64,000 nt of DNA from Lepidodermella squamata (GCA_047495785.1 JBLDXI010000012.1:806001-870000); one strand, 5' to 3'. Counted from the stretch's first letter, positions 49,136 to 61,868 are shown. Made by a program: numbers and translations. Notes: generated by a model from the letters alone, not told the origin.

Positions 49136-51670
49136 ATGCTAGCACGCCACCTTAAAAATTGTATATGCTCGTTATTTCTCAGCTTAATATTCAGCTCAAT
49201 TTTCATAACAATTTTTCTGAAGTACTACGTCGACATTGGAGGCTTCTTAAATCGAAAATGCAAGAACAACTCCGCGCCACGAAAATCTTACCACATCGAT
49301 CAAGCCTTAGCTGATAAGCTGAACGATTTGTGGGAAAGTTTCGACCAAGAAACAACAAACCCATCAAATGCAACTTACAACGTTAATGTGAAACTTAGCA
49401 ACAGCATTTCATTCGATAGAATTTTGCCGAAAACGCGGTCAGATGCTTGCGATAGTATCATTTACGACGTGGATTCCCTGCCGACGATTTCCGTCGTCAT
49501 TCCGTTCTACAACGAGCCTCTGTCGTTGCTCTTCCGAACAATTCACAGCATTTTGAACCGAACCCCGCAAAAATTATTAGCTGACATTGTTCTGGTCGAT
49601 GATTGCAGCAATCTTGCAAATTTGAAACAGCCACTTGAGCAGTACCTTAGCTTATTGCCCAAGGTTGTTCTGATGCGAAATACTGTCCGTGAAGGCTTGA
49701 TTCGGACTCGGTTGACAGGATTCGATCGATCGACTGGCGATGTCGTTGTTTTTCAAGATGCGCACACCGAAATGAACGAGGTAAAATTTAATAGAAAAGG
49801 CCTGATTTTTATATAGCTTTTGTTTTAGGGATGGGCTGAGCCTGTTTTGCACCAGTTGAAACGACATCCGAACCAATTGGTTGAACTGGCTATCGATAAC
49901 ATTGATCCGAAATCGATAAAATACCGAAACAGCTACGACTACGACGGAATTACACCAACTATTGTTCGGTTTTTTTCATTTTTTTCGATTTTTCAATTCA
50001 TTTATTTTCAGCAAACTTTCACATGGGACATGCGATATATTTGGATGATGGCAGCTCGTCGATCTTATCAATTACGCCGGTCTTTAGCCGACCCGGTACC
50101 CACGGCCGCTGTAGTTGGGTGCACCCTAGCTGTTGATCGTAAATTCTTCATTAAATCAGGAAAATTCGACGAGCGGATGAATATTTGGGGCGGGGTAAGT
50201 TTACTATTAATCAAGTACAGCGTGTCCAATAAAGAACGCAAGCAAAAATAGAAGGAAAAGGGTTCAGAAACTCTAAATTGAGAGACGAAGTTACATCTCA
50301 TAACAAGAAAATTTCATGAAAAATTCAAAAATCACGAGAATTGTATGTCAATTGTTAATGGGATTAAAAAAGTCCGGAGAAATGTGGTCCAACCGGGTAA
50401 AATACCGAAAATTACCGAACCAGTTACCATTGGGGTTTTCCGGGTTTTCTCCCGTAAATTTTCAATTTCTTCGGCTAAATCGCGTATAAAAATAGATGGA
50501 CAGTTCTCTCGGTAGATTTAATTTAATAAAGTTAAATTCTTAAAAAATAAGTTGCCAAATTAAAAAACAATTCTGGGACACGCTTCAAGAGAAAAATTGA
50601 CTTTTTCACATAGGAAAATCTGGAAATCTCATTTAAATACTGGATGATTGGAGGTGGTGTTTATGTTCACCCTTGCTCTCGCACCGGTCACATGTTCAAA
50701 CCTATCCCGTACTCATTCGGCGAAAAATCGGCCGATCAAGTTGTGAGTGGAAACCTGGCGCGCCTTGTTGAAGTTTGGCTCGAGGAAAAATACAAAATTC
50801 TATACTACGCCGACGCATTTCGAGTTGAGCAGAAGCGGGTCAACTTCACGGATAAATTCATCGCCGAAATAAAGGAACGGCGCGATGAGACGAAAGGCCG
50901 GTTTCCGAGTAAATCATTCGCCTGGTATTTGAAAAACGTCGCGCCTGAGGTTAAAATTCCGTCGAAGGATATCGTATGGTTCGGCGAGCTTTACAACTCA
51001 AAAACTGGCTCTTGCTTTGTTATTTTGCCGTGTGGTCATATCGGCGTGACGGACGATTGTGGTTGGCATAATACTCGGCCTCATCTTCAATTTTTCATCG
51101 ACACATCGGGCCGGCTTCGCCATGCCCTATCAGAGGACACCTGTGTTGTTTACGAGAAAAGCACGTCGCTGCTTACGCAGGCTAGGTGCAGTGACTCAAG
51201 GGTCCCGCTATTCACGTTCTATTTCGACAATGACAGCAATGCTGGTAAAATTGTTATGGAGACGCCCAATGCTGGCGAAATTCTTTGCGCAACCCACGTG
51301 ACTTATCGAGGTAACTTAATTGAAATTAAAAAAAAATATTCAACGCTAAGCACAAAATTAGGAACTAAAGCGACTGGTTCCGATCTTGTTCGAAAACTTT
51401 TCAACGTTAATATAACCAATTTAAGAACTAATAAAGGTTGCGAAAATATTTATCTTCGCCTTGATAATTTTGCTCTTTTTTAATTTTCAGGTCGCGGCCA
51501 TTTTCATGCGAAGGATCAAATGGTATATAGGCTTTATTTAGACACTGTTTTATACATTTATTTTTCAGGTCGTTATGTCGAGTTGCGATGTCAAAGACGA
51601 TTCCTATCAAAACTGGTACACGTTGTACAAGTTCGAGTACGAAAATTTGCCGCCAATGTTGAAGTATTAA
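49136..51670 (+). CDS. Polypeptide N-acetylgalactosaminyltransferase (GT27)
   Basis: Type II TM; LPTISVVIPFYNE, LVDDCS, REGLIRTR, DAH, WGG|ENLEIS, PCSRTGH, NLARLVEVW; C-terminal ricin-like Cys domain ending QNW. Confidence 0.9.
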
Positions 51671-51992
51671 TCGCAACAGTGGCTGGATAGATGAGATTGA
51701 TAGAAAAAATAAAATATCCATTAACAATTTATTCAAAATTTAATTGTTTTTACAGCCGAGCGCGGAGAGCAAAAATAGAAAATGAAAATGATTTTTCGTT
51801 CGAGATAGAAATCGAATGTTTCACCATCAATCTCTAAAAAAACAATCTCGAAGTTTTCCCGCAGTTTTTTATCCGGCGTGAATTTCGGATATTTTGGAAA
51901 TTTCATCAAACAAAACTGGTTGCAAAATTATTTGATATGTTGCGACATGGCACTCCAGTTGTTCTTAGATAGGATTTTGTTTCATATTAAAA

Positions 51993-52232
51993 GCCGCTCT
52001 GAAAGCGACTGACCCCTCCGGAAGTAGCCCTAGTTAAAGAGCCACTAGGCCGGAACGTTCATCAACGGCCGCCTCGAGACCAGCAACTGGTGAAGGTCGC
52101 CGGGTTCGTGCGGCCAAGTTCGCGCTCAGGGCCAGTCACCACGCCTCGTCATCGCGGTTTGGGTTTGTCGTCAGAGGAGGCTGACGTTGGGGCAAATCTA
52201 AATAAAGAAATGATCCCAAGAAGTATGATCTT
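51993..52232 (-). ncRNA. U3: U3 snoRNA
   Basis: 5' AAGATCATACTTCTTGGGATCATTTCT (box A'/A), C' GATGA, box B GAGCGCGAA, box C TGATGA, terminal CCGC/GCGG stem. Confidence 0.85.
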
Positions 52233-52355
52233 AATTTAAAATTTCAAAATTCTTTGGCCCCGTTTCACGATGATACTTTATACAGCCAGTCGATAGCTAT
52301 GACTATTCAAAAAATAAAGAAAAAAAAGAAAATTGAAAATTATTGAAAAAGGTTG

Positions 52356-52427
52356 CTCCTTGGCAGGGAATCGAACCCTGGTCTCCCGCGTGACAGGCGG
52401 GGATACTAACCACTATACTACCAAGGA
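52356..52427 (-). tRNA. tRNA-Asp(GTC)
   Basis: TCCTTGGTAGTATAGTGGTTAGTATCCCCGCCT-GTC-ACGCGGGAGACCAGGGTTCGATTCCCTG. Confidence 0.95.
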
Positions 52428-52532
52428 TTGGCTGATAAAACGTGTCCGAAAAACAGGCTGATAGGATAGGGCACTCCTATGAGGCAAGTTGCGATAGTGA
52501 GGCGAGTAATTTATGGAACGCTTCTCTTAAGC

Positions 52533-52582
52533 AAAAATATGGAACGCTTCACGATTTTGCGTGTCATCCTTGCGCAGGGGCC

Positions 52583-52621
<39 letters not shown>

Positions 52622-52638
52622 CCAATCCGAAGATTGAC
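52533..52638 (-). ncRNA. U6: U6 snRNA
   Basis: Same body as the other copies; conserved upstream motifs. Confidence 0.97.
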
Positions 52639-52883
52639 ATTTTAACACCCTGTGACCAGCCATAAATACCGAATAGCATCAGAATGCGATTTCGACCTGT
52701 GCCATTTGCATATTGAAAATAGAATTAACTGGATGATGGCTCAAGCCTAAAATAAGGTCGCTTCCTCATACTCTGAATTAATCGCAATATTGGGATAAAC
52801 TGGAATATAGCGAATTTTCTAAATTTTATTCTTCAGATCATAGAATAAATTATCATTGGAGCAAAGGTTTTCATTAAAATGAT

Positions 52884-53462
52884 TTATTTGCTGGGAGCAG
52901 CACCGGTTTCGACGGCGACCGAGTACGAGAAGTTGTTGGAGGCCGAGTAGCTGCCGCTCTTGCTGCCCTTGCGACCCTTGCCGTGCTTGCCACCGTGCTT
53001 CTTGCCGCCGAACTTCTTGCCACCGTGGCGCTTGTTGCCATGCTTCTTGTTGTAGCCGCCGAAGGAGCCCGAGCGCGAGTACGAGCCGGACATGGATCCG
53101 CGCTTGTGCACGCGCATGAACTTCTTGGTGGAGACCTTGCGGGTGTGCTTGTTCGTGCGGGCCGACACCGACGCGGACACGGACTTGGAGAACGAGGCAC
53201 GGCGGTGCTTGCGCCCAGCGACGAAGGCCTTCTTGGCCGGGCGCTTCTTCATCGCGTGCTTCTTTGGCTGCCGGTTGTACGACACGCTGATGGAGACGCT
53301 CTTCGAGACGCTCTTCGCCACGCCCTTGCCCTTGTTACCACGGCCAGCCTCAACGCTGGTGAAGGCTGAAATTGAACATAAATTTAATGAAATTATGGTA
53401 CAATTCTGATTTTTACCTAGGCTCATCAAGGCGACAGCAGCCAAAACTAAGACAGCTCGCAT
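52884..53462 (-). CDS. Secreted highly basic protein, copy 4
   Basis: Same two-exon structure; TATAAAA at ~53543-53549. Confidence 0.85.
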   Translation of the reverse strand: MRAVLVLAAVALMSLGKNQNCTIISLNLCSISAFTSVEAGRGNKGKGVAKSVSKSVSISVSYNRQPKKHAMKKRPAKKAFVAGRKHRRASFSKSVSASVSARTNKHTRKVSTKKFMRVHKRGSMSGSYSRSGSFGGYNKKHGNKRHGGKKFGGKKHGGKHGKGRKGSKSGSYSASNNFSYSVAVETGAAPSK

Positions 53463-54410
53463 GTTGGTTAGTTTAGTAATGAATTGAGATGAATTAAGTA
53501 TTGAAGGAATTGATGATGCCTCTGCTGGGGCTGGACCAAAGCTTTTATAGATTCCGCCCTCATTATACTTTCTATCGCATCATTGTTTTGATGTTATTAG
53601 AAATGCGCACGCTACAATTAGCCGTTACCATCATTATATTGTATTCATGCTCAATTAAAATCTGATTAAAATATGTGGCATAATCGCATTTGCGAAGTTC
53701 TTGATGCTGTTTCCGGCTTTTTACGATAAATTCCGAGAAAGGAATGTGACTAACAGGAGCCATATTTTCAAAATATGGGCGTTCGGAGGCATTTTTCTGA
53801 AATGCTCGAAATTGTCAATTAGGGTCTAGGCAGAGTGCGAAGTAGGATCGTCGCGAGGATGCACATCCGGCTTTCGGCCCTGGATTTCCGGACATTAGGG
53901 CCCCGGACATCCGGAGTCCCACACTCCTATATATAAATAAGAATGTTCTGGCTTAAGAGAATATTAAAGATGATCGCGTTTTTACCTTAATGCTCGTTGC
54001 TAGGACGAATCGATGTTCTGGTGCAGCGGCAGAAACACCAAATAGTGAGTGTAAGGCTGAACTTTCGTCGAACAAGCCGAACACCTATTAGAATCTCATA
54101 TAGAGCTATTGCCTAATTTTTCACGCTAAACAGCAGGAGAGCTTATCTAATCAAGGTAAAAATGTTGGGTTGGGTATCGGATCATAGATCACAGATGATT
54201 CATCCTAATTTCATCAACAATCTTCTCAACTAGGCAGTGACTGGCAGCCTGATAAAGATCACATTAGCAATCTATGCCTGCAATCTGCGAGCCGTGACGG
54301 GTTTGCTAAATCGATATTACAGCACCTGCGCGCTGTGATTTTAGCTAACGTTGCATTACTTTTTTGCTCGTTAATTCCAAGCCGCTCGTATTCCCTTTTT
54401 GTGAGAAAAA

Positions 54411-56714
54411 ATGGGTATTTTGAGATTTATCATTGAGTTGAGTTATCTCCTCGCTTCCTTCGCCTCATGCCAGTTGCATCTCGCGCAGTTTGTGGCTAAT
54501 CAAGCAAGCCTACCCAACCCAGTAGTCTATTGGCCTCTGAATGAGCTATTTGGCCTGAGAGATGTCGTCTCGAGCAACGGGCCGAGCTTGACGTTCTCGT
54601 CGGCGGGCGGAACCTTAGCGCCAGGGCCTTTCGGTCAGCCTAACACTGCGTACAGCACTCGCAACGCCTCGCAACTCTGGCTGCAAGCGACCAACGCGCT
54701 GATGGCCTTGGGATCGTCTTCGTTTACGATCGCTGGGTTCGTGAATGCGCCTCGGCAAGCCGCGCTTTTCGAGTGGACCAATAACTCGACCTTCAGGACA
54801 CATCTGTGGCATAGCAATTTCTCTAACAACAATGACAATACGCCCAATTCGTTGTTCTGCAATCCATTGTCGGGAAACACTGCCACGCGATCTTTTCCGT
54901 GCAGCTTGACGTCAACTTGGCAATTTGTAGCCTTGGTTTACAACGCATCAGCACCGTCTCACTATTTGATGTGCAACGACTCAGCCAGTGACCCAGTGGC
55001 TACTATTGCAGCTCCCTCGACTACATCGACTCTTCTGTTAGGCGCTAGGTTAGCTGGCATGTTCTCTATTCATAGGGGATCATAGCACCAGGTGGAATTT
55101 TGGGGTGTTCGAAAGATGTGTTTCACGATATCCGAAATTGGTCTTCATCGTATTCTTTAGGTCCTAATGATAATGCGAGAAGCTAAGTATAACTCAAACT
55201 GATGAGAAAAAATGCAAAGTTTTGGGCTTTCACGAGTTGTATGATCAATTCGAACCTGTAATCGATCGAAATGATTCCCATCAGAATTCCTAGCCATAAT
55301 GGGTTCAATTGAGTCCTTACATGAGCAAAAGCGGTAAAGAACTAATCAGATCTTCATGCTTCTTAGATATAATAGCGGGACAACCGTCTATAACAACGAT
55401 TACGCATGCGTCTCGATCCACAAATCAGCACTGACGAGAGCGCAATTCGCTATTCTACGCCAGCAATGCCAACTGATAAACCGTGAGTTAAAATCAGATT
55501 TGTGCGTCCTATTGTTTAGAACAGGAAATTTCAGGTATTTCGTGTCCCACAAACTGTCAGACCGGTAGCTGCACTGGAGACTTGGCGAAATCCGGCGGGG
55601 TTCGATGCACCTGCCAGAACGGCTGGACCGGGTGGAACTGCAGTATTCGTAAGTTTTCTTCGATGCCAATATGTTGCCAAACAATGAAATGTGCCACGAA
55701 GAAATCTAAGGTAATACAGTAAAAAAGTTTCCAATCTTTTGGCCTGAGAGGGTGTCTTAGCTGCCATGGAAGCATTGACGCTGATTAGGTAACTACGAAG
55801 CTTGCCTAATGATAAAAACAAATCCGAAAAAATCCATTTAAAACGTTTGAATTGCAAAACTTACCGAACCATCGAGCACTATTCATAATATGTATATGCT
55901 TTAGCGATATGCAGCCCGGCCTGCGGTCCCGGTGGCAAATGTTCAGCCTCGAAAAACTGCACCTGCGCACCCGGTTGGACTGGCACTCTATGTGATACTC
56001 GTACGTGTGAATTTATTATCGGCAATCGAAAGGATTGAGAAACAATACTTTCAAATAGCTCTCTGTCCGCAGGGCTGTTCGAATGGTGGAACGTGCGTTC
56101 GCCCGAACCGATGCATTTGCACCTCAGACTGGCTACCGCCTGCATGTGAAAAGCGTAAGTCTGGTATTGATACTCAAATTAACGGTAAATATGGTAAATA
56201 TGGTAAGCAATTTTTGATTAAAAAAGATGAGAAAATCTCAGTTACAAGGCTGAACCAACATCATCAAGTTAAAACGATTGATTCGAAGTATAAATCAAAA
56301 ATAAGCTCTGATGAGCGAAGACCAGGCGTGTTTCGTAATTTTTTGGAATTCTTTTAAATTCTTGCTTCATGAAGGGAAACGTTTAACAATCGAATTCGGG
56401 ATGGTCATTCATTATGGATATTGGAATATAAATTGACAAAGTGGCCTTTAAAGTTGTCGCATCTACCTATGTATAGCGCTGTGTCCAAAGAAATGCTATC
56501 TACGGGGCCGTTGCATAGCTCCGAATTCGTGCGACTGCGATGCCGGCTGGACGGGAAAAGACTGTTTCAAGCGTGAGTCATCCATATTTTTGAGCTTTTT
56601 CTAATGATAAACCAACCGCTCTTCCAGGTATCGATGGTAAGATTAAGGGAAATTAATTTCATAATATTTCATGGCTCGTTGGTCACAGTTTGCCCAGCAG
56701 GTGGCTGCAATTGA
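54411..56714 (+). CDS. Secreted LamG/pentraxin-like (ConA fold) domain + four EGF-like repeats
   Basis: Signal peptide; PVVYWPLN, APGPFG, SFTIAGFV, WQFVALVYN; downstream exons with CxCxxGWTG EGF modules; 3' end approximate. Confidence 0.7.
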
Positions 56715-57270
56715 TGGATATCGGAAGACAATTGCTCGAGATTATTTTTCGAATGACATTTCGCATATTCTTTTTCAGTAAGTATCCGCATATTTTTACT
56801 TGAAATTATGATGAATTCGAATGATGACTGAGTTATTTTTAATTTTTTGAAATTAATGCGTAATTTGATATGTTTCTTTTTTGTTTCATCGGGAAATGTC
56901 GACGAATAAATCTGTTTCCTTTGTATTTTTGTAGCATCATTATCTTAATCAAGCCGTAAAGTATTGATGCGATAAAATCTGGGAAATAAATTTAATAAAC
57001 ATGCTGTTGATTAAATTGTGGGTGTTCGGAGGCGTTCTAAAATGTTTGAAAATATCCAGTTTCTCGGCGACCAAGAGGAGAAGTCGTTGGGGGCCGAGTA
57101 GCTTTCTCGAAAACTGTCTCGATATAGACTGACTTCACAGAGATGATCGAACATCTCAAAACCATTATCATATTCAATGAAGCAAATTATTTCAGATTTT
57201 ATTTTTTCCAGTTTTGCAAATAAATTATCATCGGCAAAATTAATCGAGCAAAGGTTTGCATTAAAATGAT

Positions 57271-57858
57271 TTATTTGCTGGGAGCAGCACCGGTTTCGAC
57301 GGCGACCGAGTACGAGAAGTTGTTGGAGGCCGAGTAGCTGCCGCTCTTGCTGCCCTTGCGACCCTTGCCGTGCTTGCCACCGTGCTTCTTGCCGCCGAAC
57401 TTCTTGCCGCCAAACTTCTTGCCACCATGGCCCTTCTTGTTGCCGTGCTTCTTGTTGTAGCCGCCGAAGGAGCCCGAGCGCGAGTACGAGCCGGACATGG
57501 ATCCGCGCTTGTGCACGCGCATGAACTTCTTGGTGGAGACCTTGCGGGTGTGCTTGTTCGTGCGGGCCGACACCGACGCGGACACGGACTTGGAGAACGA
57601 GGCACGGCGGTGCTTGCGCCCAGCGACGAAGGCCTTCTTGGCCGGGCGCTTCTTCATCGCGTGCTTCTTTGGCTGCCGGTTGTACGACACGCTGATGGAG
57701 ACGCTCTTCGAGACGCTTTTGCCCTTGTTTCCACGACCAGCCTCAGCTTCAGAGAAGGCTAAAATAATTTTAATTTTTTTCATGAAATCATATCCTTGGA
57801 CGATAAATTTACCGAGAGCCAAAAGGACGACAGCAGCCAGAGCGAAAACGGCACGCAT
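57271..57858 (-). CDS. Secreted highly basic protein, copy 5
   Basis: Same structure; intron unrelated to those of copies 2-4. Confidence 0.85.
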   Translation of the reverse strand: MRAVFALAAVVLLALGKFIVQGYDFMKKIKIILAFSEAEAGRGNKGKSVSKSVSISVSYNRQPKKHAMKKRPAKKAFVAGRKHRRASFSKSVSASVSARTNKHTRKVSTKKFMRVHKRGSMSGSYSRSGSFGGYNKKHGNKKGHGGKKFGGKKFGGKKHGGKHGKGRKGSKSGSYSASNNFSYSVAVETGAAPSK

Positions 57859-58693
57859 CTTTTAGTTTGATATTTGAGCGAAAATTATATATTAATTAGT
57901 TCGAATGGAGCTTGATAGTTGTTATTTTTTCACAGCCATCGTCCTTATATACCGCTACAACCATTTATCGAAGCGCGGCAAATAATTGAATTCTAGCATA
58001 ATTATAATCATCTGATAATAACTGCCGGCTAATTGGTTACCAGTTACCAGTATAGCATTATCGGTCTTTAACTGGTAATTGGATTGAATAACCCGAATAT
58101 CCGTCACATATTCATAAATATTTAACCAAGCTTTCAAGCTGCTAGTCTTTGTAACCAGGCTTCCTAATTCGTCATTGAGCCTAAAAAATTAGTAACAGAT
58201 TCGTATTGAATGTTGCGGCCTTTTCCCTCCCCTCGATGACCCAGTACTTTTTAAGTACTTTTTGGTTAATAAAATTCGCAAAAACAGTCAGAAAAATTCG
58301 TAGCTAAACTATCCGAGTCTCCAATAGCTCAAAATCCCGCCGAATCTCCATAAAACATAAAAATATATTGCCGTAAAATAAATCTGTGCCTAAACGAAGC
58401 TGGGATTTACCGTCGGTTCAGGTTGAGGCGATTTGTCCAGGTGGCAGCAAATTTTCAAAAGACGATTTTAGATGAATGAAGTGCAAAGTGGCCCTTTTAA
58501 TCCTAAGGTACCGCTATTATTTAACAATAATTAAATGAACCACTGAGGTTAGATAAATCGTTAAATTCCGGGCCCCCCTTAGATTCAAACAGCCCCCAAG
58601 TTGATAGGTCAAACATCTGTCATCTTGTAGATCTGTCATACAAATCTCCATCGATTGAATTAAAATGAGCAATGTTTATTTTTCATTAGAAAA

Positions 58694-58933
58694 GCCGCTC
58701 TGAAAGCGACTGACCCCTCCGGAAGTAGCCCTAGTTAAAGAGCCACCAGGCCGGAACGTTCATCAACGGCCGCCTCGAGAACAGCTACCGGTGAAGGTCG
58801 CCGGGCTCGTGTGGCCAAGTTCGCGCTCAGGGCCAGTCACCACGCCTCGTCATCGCGGGTTGGGTTTGTCGTCAGATGAGGCTGACGTTGGGGCAAAACT
58901 TACTAAAGTAATGATCCCAAGAAGTATGATCTT
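58694..58933 (-). ncRNA. U3: U3 snoRNA, second copy
   Basis: Closely similar to 51993-52232, with unrelated flanks. Confidence 0.85.
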
Positions 58934-59337
58934 AATTATTTCTAAAAAAATCCAACATCCTCGTTTTGGAATCGGGCGAAGTCATGCGATTAGGAATATT
59001 TGCATACTTATTGTATAGGAACAATTATCGACATTCGGTGCAAAAAGTGTTGCATGATGTGGAGGCGAACTTTGACCTTGTTGAATTTGTAGCCATTGGT
59101 ACAACCATCTCTCTAATAAGTGTTATAACTGAAACTGAACTCTCACGTTGAGTCACAGGAAACCTTCAGTGCAACCTTGAATATACGCAACATCTCTTGT
59201 TTTACTGTCTCGAGGAAAACTGCGAATCACCTGAGAGTATCACATCAAATGTTATCACATTTTTTCTCAAGCAAAGTTCTTCAGCATTGCGCATTATTGC
59301 TCATCTTCTCCTTGGAAAATATGACATCGACTTTCAT

Positions 59338-60695
59338 TTAGGCGGTCTTGACGGTGACGGGCTTGACGTGGTTGACGTTGCAGTTGACGCCGTTGATGCC
59401 ACCGAAGGCCTGGACGGCGGCGTTGAAGCCTCCGAAGGCGGGCAGCTTGTTGTACAGCTCGGACATGGTCGGGCACTTGGCGATCTCCTCGGTGGTCATC
59501 TTCGGCAGCTGGCACTCGACGACGAGGTGGCCCTCCTGGGTCAGGCACGACTTGAGCTCAACCTTGGTCAGGTCGATCTTGGCGAGGGTCTATTAAATTA
59601 AGCCAAATTAGGGATACATTATTTCAAAGCTGGATGTTATCTCACCTCGGGCAGGACGAACTTGCGCGAGTACTTGCGGGCGACGGTGTGCTCCTTGCCG
59701 TCCTTGGCCTCGTGGGCAGCCTCGACGACGACGGCGCGCTCGGCCTTGTTCAGGGTGACGGTGACTTCCTCAGGCTTGAAGCCCTTGAGCTCGAAGCACA
59801 GGTACAGCTGGCGGTTGCCCTCGACGTCGATCATGCGGATCGGGTGGGTCAGGGTGTAGAGCTCGACCTCGGAGGACGGGCGGAAGGCGATGTTGTACAG
59901 CTTGTTGTCAGCCGACAGGGTGTTCGACCAGGTGTTGTTACCGTTGGCCCAGGTGTTGGCACCGAAGGGGCCGAAGGTGGTCGGGTAGTTGATGCCACCG
60001 AAGCGCTCGAACGAGCCGGTCCAGTTGTTGGCGAGGCGGGCACCATTCCAGGTGTTGGAGAAACCACCGAAGCGCGACTCGGCGACGCGGGCGGCGATGA
60101 CGTAGCACTGCTTGGCGCAGACGTCGGCGAAGAGCTCGGCGCCGATGCGGGCGGCGAACTCGGCGGTGTAGATGGCACCCAGGCGCTGGGCGATGATGGC
60201 ACCCAGTTCGGCGCCGTGCTCGGCTCCGAAGGTGTAGCACCAGCGGGCGCACTGCTCGACCGGCCAGCCGTTGACGAGCTTGACGGCGAGCTCGGCACCC
60301 AGCTTGGCGCACATCTCGGCTCCCCACTGGGCGCCGATGCGGACGGCCACCTCCTGGCCGACGAAGGTGTTGAGGCGGGCGGCGACGATGGCGGCCAGCT
60401 GGGCACCGCACTCGGCACCGAAGACGCGGCCGGTCTCGGCTCCGCACTCGATCGGCGAGGCGAAGGTGTTGTAGGCGATCGGGGACGAGGCGAAGGCGTT
60501 GACGTTGTGGATGCCGGCGGCGGCGGCGAACGGGGTCGGGACGGCGGCGTTGATGAGGCTGCGCTCAACAGACGACGGCGAGTAGATGCCGGCCTTGCTG
60601 CGGAGCAGGCTCTCGACGTTCATCGGGCTCGAGTAGCCGGCGATCGAGGGGGCGACGGTCGACAGGGTCGGTTGGAAGTTGTACGAGCAGGCCAT
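59338..60695 (-). CDS. Long small heat-shock protein, copy 2
   Basis: Near-identical exons to 40303-41614 plus two 7-codon insertions; diverged intron at the same position. Confidence 0.85.
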
Positions 60696-61267
60696 TTTAG
60701 AGTTTGAGGAGGATCAAAACACGAACGAAAATGAAAGCGAGAAGATTGCTGTGAGCTTTAAATTGCAAGAGCAGGTGATGGTTAAATCTAGAAAATCAAG
60801 CTCAATTTATAGCCCCTTTAGGTCGACAACGCCACGCGATTCTAGTTCGCAAACACAGACCCATTACGGCTCGTGCTTTCTAATCCTCTATGCGTTGTAT
60901 GTGACTCAAATGCCGCGTGCCAAAGAAGAGCCCTTGATCCACTTCTATGCATACTTCTATTTATATGACGTGACGCGTTTTTGAAGTTTTACAAACACGG
61001 CTACGTTCGAATCAGTCGCTGGTCTTGGTGGGCTTGGAATCATTAGTTGGAAAGAAGTTTCATGCCTTAGTAGCTGTCAGCTAACTAAGGGCGTCAACCT
61101 ATAGGCGCCAGAAGAAGAAGATAGTGGAGACGCGTTGTTCGTGGCTAGTAAAGAACTAACCACATCAAAATAAAGAGTTGGCATTATTATTTTTATTCTT
61201 TATTCTCAAACTTTGGAATAAATTATGACTGAAAAACGAATTTCAGGGAATTCCTCTTGTAAAGTGT

Positions 61268-61868
61268 TTATTTGCTGGGAGCAGCACCGGTTTCGACGGC
61301 AACCGAGTACGAGAAGTTGTTGGAGGCCGAGTAGCTGCCGCTCTTGCTGCCCTTGCGACCCTTGCCGTGCTTGCCACCCTTCTTGCTACCAAACTTCTTG
61401 CCGCCGAACTTCTTGCCACCATGGCCCTTCTTGTTGCCGTGCTTCTTGTTGTAGCCGCCGAAGGAGCCCGACCGCGAGTACGAGCCGGACATGGATCCGC
61501 GCTTGTGCACGCGCATGAACTTCTTGGTGGAGACCTTGCGGGTGTGCTTGTTCGTGCGGGCCGACACCGACGCGGACACGGACTTGGAGAACGAGGCACG
61601 GCGGTGCTTGCGCCCAGCGACGAAGGCCTTCTTGGCCGGGCGCTTCTTCATCGCGTGCTTCTTCGGCTGCCGGTTGTACGACACGCTGATGGAGACGCTC
61701 TTCGAGACGCTCTTCGCCACGCCCTTGCCCTTGTTACCACGGCCAGCTTCAACACTGGAGAAGGCTGTAATCAAAAGTGAACATAAATGCAATGAGAAAT
61801 AATGCATCAGAAATGTTTTTACCAAGGCCCATGAGAGCGACAGCAGCCAAAACTAAGACGGCGCGCAT
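61268..61868 (-). CDS. Secreted highly basic protein, copy 6
   Basis: ATG 61868, signal exon, intron, conserved exon 2; TATAAAA at ~61943-61949. Confidence 0.85.
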
